Shown here: positions 35,125 through 48,984 of the stretch, one piece after another
How the letters are laid out: each line of letters starts with the position of its first letter
Numbering within the stretch: the stretch's first letter is position 1
Notes under the pieces: model-generated
What the model was told of the DNA's origin: nothing
The model's database searches: none
The model's input: the letters and a program-made list of their open reading frames with translations, nothing else
DNA from: Selaginella moellendorffii
Lineage: Eukaryota; Plantae; Lycopodiophyta
Reading direction: 5' to 3'
Length of the DNA stretch: 64,000 bases
Assembly (NCBI RefSeq): GCF_000143415.4
Contig: NW_003314330.1
Location: 62,001 to 126,000 of the forward strand
Position numbers and translations under genes: made by a program

Positions 35125-38100
35125 TGTGAGTGCTCAAACGGATGGGAAATTGCAATTGACTCTAACCGTCCTTCCGCAGCACAAAGAGGAGTATTACAAG
35201 CTTGGCACCAAACACAACTACACATATACCGGATAACATCACGTCGCATCTTTGGCTAATACAAAGACTTGCACAACTTATCGGTCATACGACAATATCC
35301 CATATACCCACCTAGAACAAGAGAATCATGGTAAGCATGGAGAAACTATGGAATAAAGATAGAAGGCACCACCAATCATAAATGATCATTAGGATCCGTC
35401 CCCACAAAATAAAGAAAGCCATATTCAAGGCGATATTGAGAATGTAAATGCCGGAAAGGCAAGTTATCAGCAAGTGATGCAGGATCCTCAAACGCATCTC
35501 GAAACCTTCGAATCCATGGCTCAATCTTTTGAGCCTTGCGAACCTTATCAAGAGAAGGTAGATCTTGCTCTGCGCTTTGTGGACATTGAACATCAAGTAT
35601 AGCAACCGCCGATGGCACAGAATCCTCGTCTAGAAAATCCACAGATGCTGGAATAATAGGCTCATCAGAAACATGAGAAGAAAGTGGAGAAGGAAGAGGA
35701 GCTCGAGAAAGGGCATCAGCATCAGCCATAGAACTCCCTGGGCGATGAACAACATCAAAATCATATATCTGAAGCTTTAAAGCCCACCGAGCAGCACGAT
35801 CAACCAGGTTCTTCCGCTTCAATAATGAAATAACGGCAGCATGGTCACCTTCAAATAACGTCCGAGAACCATGTAGATATGCATGAAGTTTCTTGAAACC
35901 CCAAACTACCACTAAACACTCTTTCTCCGTCGTGGAGTAGTTCACCTCTGCTGGTTGTAACGTACGGCTTATATATGCAATGGGATGACGCTGACCAGGC
36001 ACACTCGGGCTCTCTTACATTAACACACCTCCAAAACCAATATTATAAGCATCAACGCGCAAAATAAAAGGTCGAGTGTAATTAGGATATGCCAAAACCG
36101 GAGGAGTCGTCAACAGCTTTTTGAGATTCACAAACGCCCACTCACAATCTGAAGACCAGATGAAAGATGATGTTGATAACTTCAGCAAGGCTTGCAACGG
36201 TGCAGTGCAATCAGAAAGATGATCCACAAAACGACCAAGATACTGCACCTTGCCCAGGAAGCGCTGCACATCATTTACACACTTCAGAGTAGGGAACTTT
36301 AGAACGGCTATGAGTTTGTCAGGATCAACTTGCAAACCCTCACGAGAAATATGGTACCCAAGATAAGTTGTGTCCTTGGACCCAAACATGCACTTCGACT
36401 GCTTCAGTTTTAAACCAACATCCCGTAGCCGATCCAACACTTTACACACATCACGAACGTGCTCTGCCCACGTCCCCTCCGAGTGAATTAAGACATCATC
36501 AATGAAGTCAGTAGTCATCTCTAGCATATCACAAAGAACCTCGTCCATCATCTGCTGAAAAGTTGCTGGAGCATTGTTCAAACCAAACGGCATCACCAAG
36601 AACTCATACAAACCAAACGGTGTACGAAAAGCAGTCTTAGGAATATCTTCATTGGCCATCGGTACTTGCCAGTACCCAGAAGCAAGATCTAGCTTGGTGA
36701 ACCAACGACTTTGCCCCAGACGATCCAAGAGATCAGTAGTGTGAGGAAGAGGGTACACATCCGGGATCGTCACTTCATTTAACGGAAAGGACTCCGCGAC
36801 TTCCGAATAACACCTTTCTCCAACATCTCCTTGACGTTTGCACGTAAAATCTTGATCTCTTTGGGTGATTGACGACGAACAGGAACCTTGATTGGACGAG
36901 CATCCCCGATTGGAATGGGATCACGTGTGGCAATCTTGGCCCCTGACGATAGGTCAAATTCAAAGAGATTAGAATACTCCTTCATGAGCTGGTCAACAGC
37001 TGCAACACAAAGATCATCGGAGGGATCGGAAAAGGGAAGAGTAGAATAAGATGGAAACATAAGAGGAAATAGTGGGGGAACAAAAGTAATGGAAGCAGAA
37101 GTAGAAGTAGAGGGATGAAGAGGTACAAAAGTGAGAGGAATGGATGAAACATAAGGAAGTATGAGACAAGGGGGAGAAGCCTCAAAGTCACACTTGGCAT
37201 GATTGCACTGCAACTAATCCATACCAAGAATGAGGTCAAAAACTTGACTCGGCACCACTCGCAACGACTGCAACTCAAGCTCGAGATCACCCACACACAT
37301 AACCAAATCCGCCTCATCTCGTGCACATGCATGTGTACAACCGTTGCCATAAAGAATGAAAACTGGATCCTCCACACAACGCAAGTGTAGATGACAACGT
37401 GTGGCAACATGTCGAGCAATAAAAGATAAACTCGAACCTGTATCAACCAACATGGAGAGAAGAATAGGAGACCTCTTGTTATAAAAACAAGCTTGGAAAG
37501 TAAACACTGGATGAACCGGTGCCAAGTGAACCCCTTGATGATACTCCTGAAAGAAAGATGGAGGGGTCACTAACTTATTCGCAAGGTCCCTCCATTACTC
37601 GTGTGACTCCTCGTTTCCCGGATGCACCACAGTATCCAAACCTTCCACCGTAGCAACACCAACGGAACATTGCTAACGCCAAGGTCTCCACCCGGGAAAT
37701 GGAGGTCGCCAATCCGGAAAGCGCCAACAACGCCGATAAGTATGACCAACTTCATCACACGCCCAGCAACGAACATCACGACCATGACCACGTTCTCGCC
37801 CTTGTCCTTGGACTCGAGTAGCAGCAGCATCAACCTCCATTTGAACAAGACCATCACTCATAGGAAGTGGAGTTGAAGGACGTGTAGCGAGAAGTGGAAG
37901 AGGCGACATCTCATAACGTTGTGCCAAGCGAAGAGCATCGTCAAGGGTGGCAGGAGAGTTCGCAGAAATAATACACCTTACTAAGACGTTTACGGAACGA
38001 GCAGAAATCCCACTGAAAGAAGCTATTAAGGAGCATACTGAATCTTTCCTACTACTCCAAAAATAGATATGAACGGATGAGTCTAATGCACAAGTCCGAC

Positions 38101-39057
38101 AAGATCTTGACGAAGTGTTGGCCACAACATTCCTAGCTTGATCCGCTCCGACATATTTGGCTTCGCACAAAGCAAAAGACTTCAGAAACGAACGCCAAAT
38201 TGCATCACTAACTTAGATGGCCCTTGGCGAAGATGATGCAATTGTTGGAAGGCATCATCACAATCATCGGCATATCTGAAGGCGCGTTTGAAGACGTCCA
38301 GAAGAACACTCCAATCGTCATGAGTGGCTACACTCAATCCATTATACCACTGCAATGCCGTCCCTTGGAGACATGTGGGGAACTCACGCAAACTTCGAGC
38401 ATCATCCCAAGAATGATATGTGGCAATCATCGTGAAGTGATCGAACCAATGGTACACATCATCCCCATGATTCCCATGAAAGAACTCCGGCCGAACGTGA
38501 AGATTGGCACCAAGAGCAGGAGGAGTTGTACCATGTGCCGTGAATGCCGCCATCAACTGAGTTTGGTTGTTCAATTGCAAGCACATAGCATCAAGCAATT
38601 GAACCAACTGCTGCTCTAGAGTCAAAGGAGGAGATTGCGGATTGGCCATGAAGATGAACGCAAAAGAAAGAGCAAAAGAAGAGAAATGAGAAAAAGCTGG
38701 AAAGAAATGGTAGATCTAGACAATGCAAAAAGCTAGATCTAAACCAAAATCATGAAAGGAAATAACAAAAGAAAGGAAATGGAAAAAGCTGGATCTAGAC
38801 AATGCAAAAGCTATATCTAAACCGAAATCCCAAATCCAAGCACTCCCCAGGGACAATCAAAGGTGCCCCTCACTTCCACTAATGTGAGTGCATGGAATAT
38901 AGAAAGGGAATACAGAAATGTGCATATCAATTAGCCCAAAAACCTTAGCTTATATACAGGAGCAAGTGGTCCGGATTGAAACCAATCCGACGACTACCAA
39001 AATCCCACTACGCTAATATTAGTATACGGCATCGTAACCGTACACTTGGTCCTCACA
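35125..39057 (-). mobile_element. Ty3/gypsy LTR retrotransposon copy 1 (3' LTR and integrase core deleted)
   Basis: 5' LTR 38883-39057; gag 38182-38649; CCHC (CWACDEVGHTYRRC); protease LVDTGS; RT (KLDLASGYWQ, FIDD); RNase H (NYSTTEKECL). Only 9 bp (TGTGAGTGC) of the other LTR remain at 35125. Flanks ATAG/ATAT. Confidence 0.93.
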
Positions 39058-39689
39058 ATATGATATATTTATAATAATTAATAAATTTTATTCTTGCATT
39101 TTTATATTATAAATTATATCTATCACCAAATATACCTTTATTATCCACTATGTTATTGAATAAATCTCTATTAAGTTTTATGCTCATTTATTTGGAATTG
39201 TGAGTGCCTGGAATATGGAAAGGGAATACAGAAATATGTATATCAATTAGCCCAAAAACCCTAGCTTATATACAGGAGCGAGTGGTCCGGATTGAAACCA
39301 ATTCGATGGCTACCAAAATCCCACTACGTTAATATTAGTATACGGCATTATAGCCGTACACTTGGCCCTCACATCATCCCTTCTTCTCGGAATAATGGAA
39401 AGCTATCAGGGTTCTTTTGTAGATGGGCCGCAATCTAGAGGAACGTCAGGAGGAGGCATCGGCGGATCTGTAGACAGCATTAACTGCTCCTGATCCCTTT
39501 GTATGAAGTGTTTCAACCGCTACACATGCACAATCTCCAGAGGATCGGCTTGCTGGATGTCATGCCGAACCTCATAAACTTGCAGTCCAACTTGCCACAA
39601 CACCCGATATGGTCCTTTCCACTGTGCAAGGAGCCCCTTAGATAAACCACGTACCGTAAGATGAGGAAAACGCACTAACACCAAATCAT

Positions 39690-40799
39690 TGTAAGGAACC
39701 AACTCTCCAAGATGTCGTAGGCTAAAGGATCCCCAAAAGCATGACCAAAATGACAAAGAGTTCATCAGATGGGACCGAGTCGAAGATCGAATCCAAGACT
39801 GACTCTGAGACCGAGTTCGAGATAGAGTCCGGGATCGAGCCCAAGGCCGAATCGGAGACCGAGTTCGAGACAGAGTCCGAGATCCAAATCGGGTCCGAGA
39901 CCGAGTCTGAGGTTGGGTCCGAAGTCGAGTCCGAGATCGGGTCCGAAGTCGAGTCCGAGACCGAGTCCGAGGTCGGGTCTGAGATCGAGTCCAAGATCGA
40001 GTTTGAGACCGAATCCGAGTACTAATATAGGTCAAGGGGTGAAAGCCCAAAGCGTGCGTCTCCCAGAGGGGGGGGGTTGCAGGGGGTTCCAAAAGTATAA
40101 TAGGGATAGTGAGGTCCAGGAAGCAGTCTTGAAGGAACTCTCCAGTGGTGCTTCCAAATTGACTTGAGGTTGAGACTGGGCCGAGGGGCCTTGGGTGGGA
40201 GTGAGCAGGGACTTGGGTGGTGCCGAAGGGGCCACCCCAGGAAGTGCTCAAGAGCAGCTCCCACTCCCGAAAGGGAAACCGACTGCGGTGCTCTTGGCTC
40301 ATGTGGAGTGGTGCCCTACTTGAATACCATGCAACTCATTGGTCCTTGCCCTTCCTAGGGGCTTGGGCCTTCCTTCGGGATGGAAGTGGGGGGGTAGAGG
40401 TACCCATACCGGGCCGTTAGGCCATGGTGTTTCGCCCCGGCGTCCCGATGTAAGTGTTGCACCCAAGACTTGGGATTTAGAGGGTCCCATGATCAAGTCT
40501 TGTGGTACCAAGGGGTGTTAGGAACCTAGAGGCTTGGTGTGTTTGGCTGCTTGTGCCTGTGGGGAGTGTAGCCGAACCTTAAATCCAGTTTAACCCGGGG
40601 AGGGGGATTGGGAGAGATTTGGGAATCCGTGGATGGATGGCTAACGCTTTGTTGCTCATGCAGTGAGTAGCTGAAACGAAGTAGGAACTGGTACCATAGG
40701 AGGGAACCTTGGCAAGGGAACTTAGCAAAAGCCAAGGCAGTGTTGGATGAATAAACGAAGTAAACTGGCAAATTGGAAAAGAAAAATTTGTGGCTTATA
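39690..40799. mobile_element. Solo LTR of another family nested in the gypsy integrase
   Basis: Ends TGTAAG...CTTATA; 5-bp TSD ATCAT (39685-39689 and 40800-40804); splits integrase EYKVD|DLVLVRFPH. Confidence 0.85.
39775..40020. repeat. Hexamer-based minisatellite (CCGAGT/CCGAGA/TCGAGT) inside the solo LTR
   Basis: About 40 degenerate 6-bp units. Confidence 0.9.
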
Positions 40800-43700
40800 A
40801 TCATCCACTTTGTACTCTGCAGGTGGATGATGATGGGAGTTGTAGCGCCGTTGTTGTCCCACTTTTACGCGGCCTAAGTGTTCGGCAGACTCTGCTCGGA
40901 CAAGTGGAAGAATGTTGTCAAATATTGATCCCATGACCTAGCATCAGGAGCTTGTGGCAATCGCGAAGGTAAACCCAGCTCCGTTGGTAATATTGGATCA
41001 TGACCATATAGAAGTTTATATGGTGAAGCACCAACAGAACTCTACACCCCTGTGACATAGGCATACTGAAGAGACGGCAAATAACCATCCCAATCCAAAT
41101 GCTGAAAGTTCACATACTTCGCAATCATCCCTTTGAATGTCCGAACGAGCCGTTCCACCAGACCGTCTGATTGTGGATGATAAGCACTCGTAAAAGTGTG
41201 GCGTATCCCCAACCGAGACGTCAAAACATGAAATGCCTCAACTATAAATGCATGACCATTATCCGAAAGAATCCGCTCTGGACAAGAATGTTGGAACACC
41301 ACTCGATTGAGGAGAAAGTATCTAACAGCAATTGCAGAGGTGCTAGCAAGAGCACCAACTTCCACCCAACGAGTCAAATAGTCAGAAGCAATAATAACAT
41401 ACTCATTGCCAACAGTCGACCATAGAAAAGGTCCCATAAGATCAAATGCCACCAACTCAAACGGACGGGAAACTGCAATTGACTCCAACCGTCCTTCCGC
41501 AGCACAAAGAGGAGTATTACGAGCTTGGCACCAAACGCAGCTACGCACATACCGGATAACATCACGTCGCATCTCTGGCCAATAGAAAGACCTGCGCAAC
41601 TTCTCGGTCACACAACGATGTCCCATATGCCCACCTAGAACAGGAGAGTCATGGTAGGCATGGAGAAATCGCGGAATAAAAATAGAAGGCACCACCAGTT
41701 GTAAATGATCATCAGGATCCATCCCCACAAAATAAAGAAGGCCATCTTTAAGGCAATATTGAGAATGTAAATGCCGGAAAGGCAAGTCATCAGCAAGTGA
41801 TACAGGATCCTCAAATGCATCTCAAAGCCTTCAAATCCACAGCTCAATCTTTTGAGCCTTGCGAACCTTATCAAGAGAAGGTAGATTTTGCTCTGTGCCT
41901 TGTGGACACTGAACATCAAGTATAGCAACCGCTGATGGCACAGAATCCTCGTCTAGAAAATCCACAAATGCTGGAACAGCAGGCTCATCAGAAATATGAG
42001 AAGAAAGTGGAGAAGGAAGAGGAGCTCAAGAAAGGGCATCAGCATCAACCATAGAACTCCCTGGGCGATGAACAACATCAAAATCATATATCTGAAGTTT
42101 TAAAGCCCACTGAGCAGTACGACCAACCAGGTTCTTCTGCTTCAATAATGAAATAATAGCAGCATGGTCACCTTCAAGTAACGTCCGAGAACCATGTAGA
42201 TATGCATGAAGTTTCTCGAAACCCCAAACGGCCGCTAAACACTCCTTCTCTGTCGTGGAGTAGTTCACCTCTGCTGGTTGTAACGTACGGCTTATATATG
42301 CAATGGGATGATGCTAATCAGGCACACTCGGGCTCTCTTGCATTAACACACCTCCAAAACTAATATTAGAAGCATCAACGTGTAAAATAAAAGGTTGAGT
42401 GTAGTCAGGATATGCCAAAACCAGAGGAGTTGTCAACAGCTCTTTGAGATCCACAAACGCCCGCTCATAATCTGAAAACCAGATAAAAGATGACGTTGAT
42501 AACTTCAGCAAGGCTCGCAACAGTGCAGTGCGATCAGAAAGATGATCCACAAAACGATTGAGATACTGCACCTTGCCCAGGAAGTGCTGCACATCATTCA
42601 CACACTTCGGAGTAGGGAACTTTAGAATGGCTACGAGTTTGTCAGAATCAACTTGCAAACCCTCACGAGAAATACGGTACCCAAGATAAGTTGTGTCCTT
42701 GGACCCAAACACGCACTTCAACCACTTCAACTTTAAATCAACATCCCGTAGCCAATCCAACACTTTACACACATCACGAATGTGCTCCGCCCACATCCCC
42801 TCCGAGTGAATCAAGACATCATCAATGAAGTCAGCAGTCACCTCTGGCATATCACAAAGAACCTCGTCCATCATCCACTGGAAAGTTGCTAGAGCATTGT
42901 TCAAACCAAAAACTCGTACAAACCAAACGGTGTACGAAAAGCAGTCTTAGGAATATCTTCCTCGGCCATCGGTATTGTCGTATATCCATCCATCCAGAAA
43001 ACATTCTCTTTCATATTTATTGGAGCGAAGTTATGACAAAAGATGTTTTGTTTTGACAAGCTAGAATACTGGATCTGCCACATGATGCAAGTGTAGATGA
43101 CAACGTATGGCAACAGGTCGAGCAATAGAAGATAAATTCGAATTTGTATCAACCAACATGGAGAAAAGAATAGGAGACCTCTTGTTATAAAAACGAGCTT
43201 GGAAAGTAAACACTGGATGAACCGGTGCCGAGTGAACCCCTTAATGATACTCCCGAAAGAAAGATAGAGGGGTCACTAACTTATTCGCGCAAGGTCTCTC
43301 CGTTACTCGCGCGACTCCTCATTTCCCGGATGCACCTCGGTATCCAAACCTTCCACTGCAGCAGCACCAATGGGACGTTGCTGACGCCAAGGTCTCCACC
43401 CAAGAAATGGAGGTCGCCAATCCGGAAAGCGCCGACAACGCCGATAAGTATGACCAATTTCATCACACGCCCAGCAACGAACATCACGGCCACGACCACG
43501 TTCTCGCCCTTGTCCGTGGACTCAAGTAGCAACAGCATCAACCTCCATTTGAACAAGACCATCACTCATAGGAAGTGGAGCTTAAGGATGTGTAGCGAGA
43601 AGTGGAAGAGGCGACGTCTCATAACGTTGTGCCAAGCGAAGAGCATCGTCAAGGGTGGCAGGAGCAAGTGCATGCACAAGTCCGACAAGATCTTGACAAA

Positions 43701-44649
43701 GTGCTGGCCACAACATTCCTAGCTTGATCCGCTCCGACATATTGGGCTCCGCACGAAGCAAAAGACTTCAGAAACGAACGCCAAATTGCATCACTAACTC
43801 AGATGGCCCTTGGCGAAGATGATGCAATTGTTGAAAGGCATCATCACAATCGTCGGCGTGTCCGAAGGCGCGTTTGAAGACGTCCGGAAGAACACTCCAA
43901 TCGTCACGAGTGGCTGCGCTCAATCCATTGTACCACTGCAATGCCATCCCTTGGAGACATGTGGGGAACTCACACAAACATCGAGCATCATCCCAAGAAT
44001 GATATGTGGCAATCACCGTGAAGTGATCGAACCAATGGTACACATCATCCCCAGGATTCCCATGAAAGAACTCCGGCCGAACACGAGGATTGGCACCAAG
44101 AGCAGGAGTTGGACCACATGCCATGAATGCTGCCATCAATTGAGTTTGGTTGTTCAATTGCAAGTGCATAGCATCAAGCAATTGAACCAACTACTACTCT
44201 AGAGTCAAAGGAGGAGATTGCTGATCTGCCATGAAGATGAACGAAAAAAAAAGAGCAAAAGAAAAAAATGACAAAAAGCTGGAAGGAAGTGGTAGATCTA
44301 GACAATGCAAAAAGTTAAATCTAAACCAAAATCCTGAAAGGAAAGAACAAGAAAAAGGAAATGGAAAAAGCTGGATCTAGACGATGCAAAAGTTAGATCT
44401 AAATCGAAATCCCAAATCCAAGCACTTCCCAGGGACAATCAAAGGTGCCCCTCACTTCCACTAATGTGAGTGCCTGGAATATAAAAAGGGAATACAAAAA
44501 TGTGCATATCAAGTAGCCCAAAAACCCTAGCTTATATACAGGAGCGAGTGGTCCGGATTGAAACCAATCCGATGGCTACCAAAATCCCACTACGCTAATA
44601 TTAGTATACGACATCATAGCTGTACACTTGGCCCTCACAGAATATGAAT

Positions 44650-45340
44650 GCATATTTTTGAAATGTTCTAGAAATTAGTAACATTAAAAATTATAATGAT
44701 TGTTTTTAAAAAATAGCATTTTCTTCTTGAATACTCAAAGTTAAGTCAAACTTTGACCATCTTACATGTTCTTCATGACTTTTTTGAGAGCTAGTTTTTT
44801 GGATGTTATATTGTTTGGACTATGAATGTTATTTGACTAAATCCCCATTGGCATATTTAAATCTATTATTCAATATAATATAGTAATTTCCTTACTATTT
44901 AAGGATGAATTGCATCTTAATTTTTCTTTATGTTTTTTTTTAGTTATATCTTCTTTGCTAGCACTTACATCTTATTTGTCCATACACATTCTAGACTTGT
45001 TAGCTAGAATGATACCTTTCCTCTTCATCATTACCTAGTGAACAAGGTGCAACTCATCAAAGAAATTATTATGCTACATTGAATAATAAATCTAATGGGA
45101 TTTGGTGAAATTTAGAAAATCCAAGTAATGATATTCATAGCTTAAACCTATGCATATAACATAAATAAATAAATAAATGTCAATATATTAATAGTTGTTC
45201 CTACTAATGAAGCATAAGTAAGACAGTCAAAGTTTGACTTAATTAAATATTTATTGAGTATGCAAGAAGAATATACTTTTTACTAAGAAAAACATAATAG
45301 TTTTTAGTATTATTAAATTCTAGAACATTTATAAAATATA
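44650..45340. mobile_element. AT-rich foldback/MITE with long imperfect TIRs (about 230-270 bp)
   Basis: aaatgttctagaa..aagtcaaactttgac..ttattcaat is inverted to attgaataat..gtcaaagtttgactt..ttctagaacattt. Confidence 0.75.
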
Positions 45341-45408
45341 TAATATATTTAATATGTCACATATTCTAGATAAAACTAGAATATCTAAATAATAGAGGTA
45401 TATTCAAT

Positions 45409-46738
45409 TGTAGCGCATCTTGGAAAAGGGGCAATTGTTTGATGAAAGAGCCCTTAGTGGCTATTTTATCCCCATTTATCTCCTAAGGTTCCAAGGATCC
45501 ACAATGATAGTATATTCAAATCTCATTCCATAATTATATGCGCTACACTCAACCCCCCCCCTTTCAGAGATGTTAATATTCTCATTGATTATTGGGGAAC
45601 TAACACCTTCATTTCCGCACTGAATCTACCACTCATCCCATGATTATATGGGCTACACTCACCCCCCCTTCAGAGATGTCAATATCCTCATTAATTATTG
45701 GGGAATTAACACCTCCATTTCCGCACTGAATCTACCAATCCTTCCATTATGTAGACCAGTTATTCCATGTGAGGCAATTAGTCATCCACCTATACTGTAA
45801 TCCCATGGTGGATACCTTCGTCCGTGGATACTCCACACATTTCCACACTGAATCTACCAATCCTTTCATTATGTAAACCAGTTATTCCATGTGAGGCAAT
45901 TAGTCATCCACCTATACCGTAGTCCCACGGTGGATACCTTCGTCTGTGGATACTCCACACATTTCCACACTGAATCTACCAATCCTTCCATTATGTAGAT
46001 CAGCTATTCTATGTGAGGCAATTAGTCATCCACCCTAAACCGTAGTCCCACGGTGGATACCTTCGTCCGTGGATACTCCACACAAGAGGAAAGACATACA
46101 CATGAATGCCCAATACATACAATTTCAAATTTAGGGATAGGAAAGACGTACACATGAATGCCCAATACGTACAATTTCAAATTTAGGGGTAGGAATATAC
46201 CTTGCTCAATCATGCCCAATACGTACAATTTCAAATTTAGGGGTAGGAAAGACGTACACATGAATGCCCAATACGTACAATTTCAAATTTAGGGGTAGGA
46301 AAGACGTACACATGAATGCCCAATACGTACAATTTCAAATTTAGGGGTAGGAATATACCTTGTTCAATCCTTCCATTGTGTAGACCAACTATTCCATGTA
46401 AAGCAATTAGTCCCACGATGGATACTCCACACAAGAGGAAAGACATACATATGGATGCCCAATACGTACAATTTCAAATTTAGGGGTAGGAATATACCTT
46501 GCTCAAGGGTATATTATATTTTAAGTAGCCACTAATCAATGGGAATCGAACCCGTGCCATTTGCTCTGATACCAACTATAGTGCACCTTATCTCTCTCCC
46601 CTTAAACCAGCTGAAAAAGGGGCAATTGCTTAATGAGAGAGCCCTTAGTGGCTATTTTATCCCCATTTATCTCCTAAACTTCCAAGGATCCACGGTGACA
46701 GTATATCCAAATCTCATCCTATGATCATATGCGTTACA
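45409..46738 (-). mobile_element. Non-autonomous LTR element (TRIM-like)
   Basis: LTRs at 45409-45547 and 46577-46738; exact TSD TCAAT; Met PBS TGGTATCAGAGC (46563-46574); poly-G PPT at about 45548-45561; non-coding interior. Confidence 0.92.
45716..46500. repeat. Internal tandem arrays of the TRIM: 3 x 122 bp, then about 6 x 52 bp
   Basis: ttccRcactgaatctacca recurs every 122 nt; tgcccaatacgtacaatttcaaatttagggg recurs about every 52 nt. Confidence 0.9.
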
Positions 46739-47899
46739 TCAATGATCTACTATACATGAAAATTTTCTAATCATCTACTTGTGCCTTCTCAAAAGCCACT
46801 AACACTTTAGTGGTGAGTTACAACATGAGCTCCTTCTATTCTCCTCTATTCATTGGGTGGATATGAAAAGTTGGGTAACTTTGTGTGGGAGGGAGTTTTA
46901 GTTAACTTGGTAGAGTTATGGTGTGGCTCTATTGACAAAAATAAGAAAGAAATATAGTGACAATTGTAAAATAAAGGTGATTGCTTTGCTTGAGATGATC
47001 TTTTGGGAGATTTGCTGGAGCAATAATGCAGTCAATTTAGATTGTCAATCTTGAAAATGGAACTTCAAAATTATAATAGTATTGGAACCACATACTAGAC
47101 TACTATCATTCTAGAAAATACAAGATTCTACACTTTACTCATAATGAATTAAAATTTCTACAAAAGTAAGACATTATATACATAATAAATCTTATGGCTA
47201 GAACAAGGTATATTACCTATAATCAATACCATTTTTTTTCTTTTTAGAAATGGGTAATATAGTAACATAAAAAAGAAATTATGACTCTCATATTACATTA
47301 TAGAGTAGCCTAAATATCCCATAGCACTTATTGATATAATAGAATATTGTTGAAATTATTATAGTTATATGTCTTTAAATCTTTCTTGATTTTCTTGTAC
47401 ATCCAAGCATGCACACCTTCTAAACCAGCTTTTAAGCATTTAAACACATGTGGGAAAAAAGTGGCATAATAATTTTTATACTCTTTATTTCCAAAAGTTA
47501 AAGATCTTGAACATACATAGATATGGAGATAAATAAATCAAAGTTGCAATCTTAATTTTTCTCTGTTTTGTGTATTTGATAATATTCCAAGCTGAAGAAA
47601 ATGAATATTAAAAGCTTTTCAAAGAGTCTTAAAGGTTTTAAGAACATGGACCATTCATATTGTAAGCTCTAGTAAAATCTTTAGACTTAACAATTTTATA
47701 TCTAGATTTTCAATGTAATTCCTCGACTTTGCTGGGAAGAACTAAGTAGAAGAATAGGAAAGCAAGTGCTATAACTTACAAAAATTCATAATATACACAT
47801 ATACACATTATATATAGATTCTCATCTAAGAAGCATGAGACTCTATTTACATGGGTGTATTGCACTTCCTTGTTAATTCCTTTATTCTTTTTGTTTATG

Positions 47900-48960
47900 T
47901 TATCTATTGCAATCCTAAAGTAGAGAGACTTGATTTTACAAGAAAACTTGATCCTACTCATACCAAGGAAATGCAATATGTAGACATTGGTAACAATGGC
48001 CTTGGTAAAGGGGGTGGAAAACATCCTCCATCTATCCTAGAGTGCATTGTTTGCATATTTGGTTTTCCCATGGGATGTATAGTTTATAATAATGCTTCTA
48101 TTCTACCTTAAGCTTATGGGCACCACAATGGTAATAAGCTATCTATATAGAGTAAACATCAAGGAGTCTTATACAATAAGTTCCAAGTCTAAGCCTAACC
48201 ATATTGTCTAGTTGTGCAACTCACTCCACCATTTGCCATTCTTTTCATATATTAAGTTGATGCAATCCTTTATAGCTGGAGCTACCAATTTATCTTGGTG
48301 GTCTTATTGTAAAGCTTTACAAAAACAATGTTCATTTCCATAAAAGGATTCTTATTGAAAGAAGGTTATTTTCCAAGACAAGGATGGTGTATAGTATATG
48401 CTAAACTTGTAACTCTTGGTATATAAACAAATCCTTTAGTATATCCCATATGCATTTTAGAAGTCTTGGACCTGTAAATTCATGAAACAACTTTAGCTGC
48501 ATAAAATGTTTTCTTGGCCATCATTAGTGCTTAGCCTTCCAGCTAATGACAGCTTTGATGTGGTAGTCAGATTGAAAGTTGTAATAAGCCAATTGTGCTA
48601 CCTTAACATAGTCTTTCACTCCTTTCAATGTGCCTTTAATGAGAATTTAGTTTGGAAAATATCCTTAAAATAGCTAATATAAAAGAAAAGTTAAAACATC
48701 AATTAATGTAAATATGTCAATATATCGATACATTAGTCTATTTTTTCATGTTTGAACTATAGCATCAAAGTTGAAAGTGTCTATAAGTGAACCCTCAATA
48801 GAAATTCTGATCAACTCATCCATTGTAATTGTTCCTATTTAATTTCAAAACTTAGTTTTCACCAAGTTGATCTTATTAATGCTACGCTCATATGAAGTTA
48901 TATTGCAACACTAAACCATCCAATCGTTGTTAACTATAACAAATTTGAGTACTTACTTGT
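47900..48960 (-). mobile_element. Highly decayed LINE 3' remnant
   Basis: KINLVKTK (RT-like) and C-terminal HKLKVE..IPWENQICKQC...MEDVFH, typical of LINE ORF2 tails. A partial duplicate lies at about 55070-55400. Confidence 0.5.
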
Positions 48961-48984
48961 TCAACCACTATGCCCATAAATCAT

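Larger units (their letters stand above)
39199..44639 (-). mobile_element. Ty3/gypsy LTR retrotransposon copy 2 (same family, both LTRs)
   Basis: 175-bp LTRs at 39199-39373 and 44465-44639; PPT GAGAAGAAGGGATGA; 4-bp TSD GAAT; gag, RT, RNase H and integrase (HHCC, ILSDNG, HPQSDGLVER, WKGPY), all disrupted. Confidence 0.95.

Noticed and set aside
39520-40302. RS/RT-repeat and ES/ET-repeat ORFs (260, 94 and 90 aa)
   Set aside because: They are translations of the hexamer minisatellite in the solo LTR, partly run into the integrase tail.
46085-46500. Regularly spaced repeats resembling a CRISPR array
   Set aside because: Units are contiguous with no unique spacers, there are no cas genes, and they lie inside a eukaryotic TRIM.
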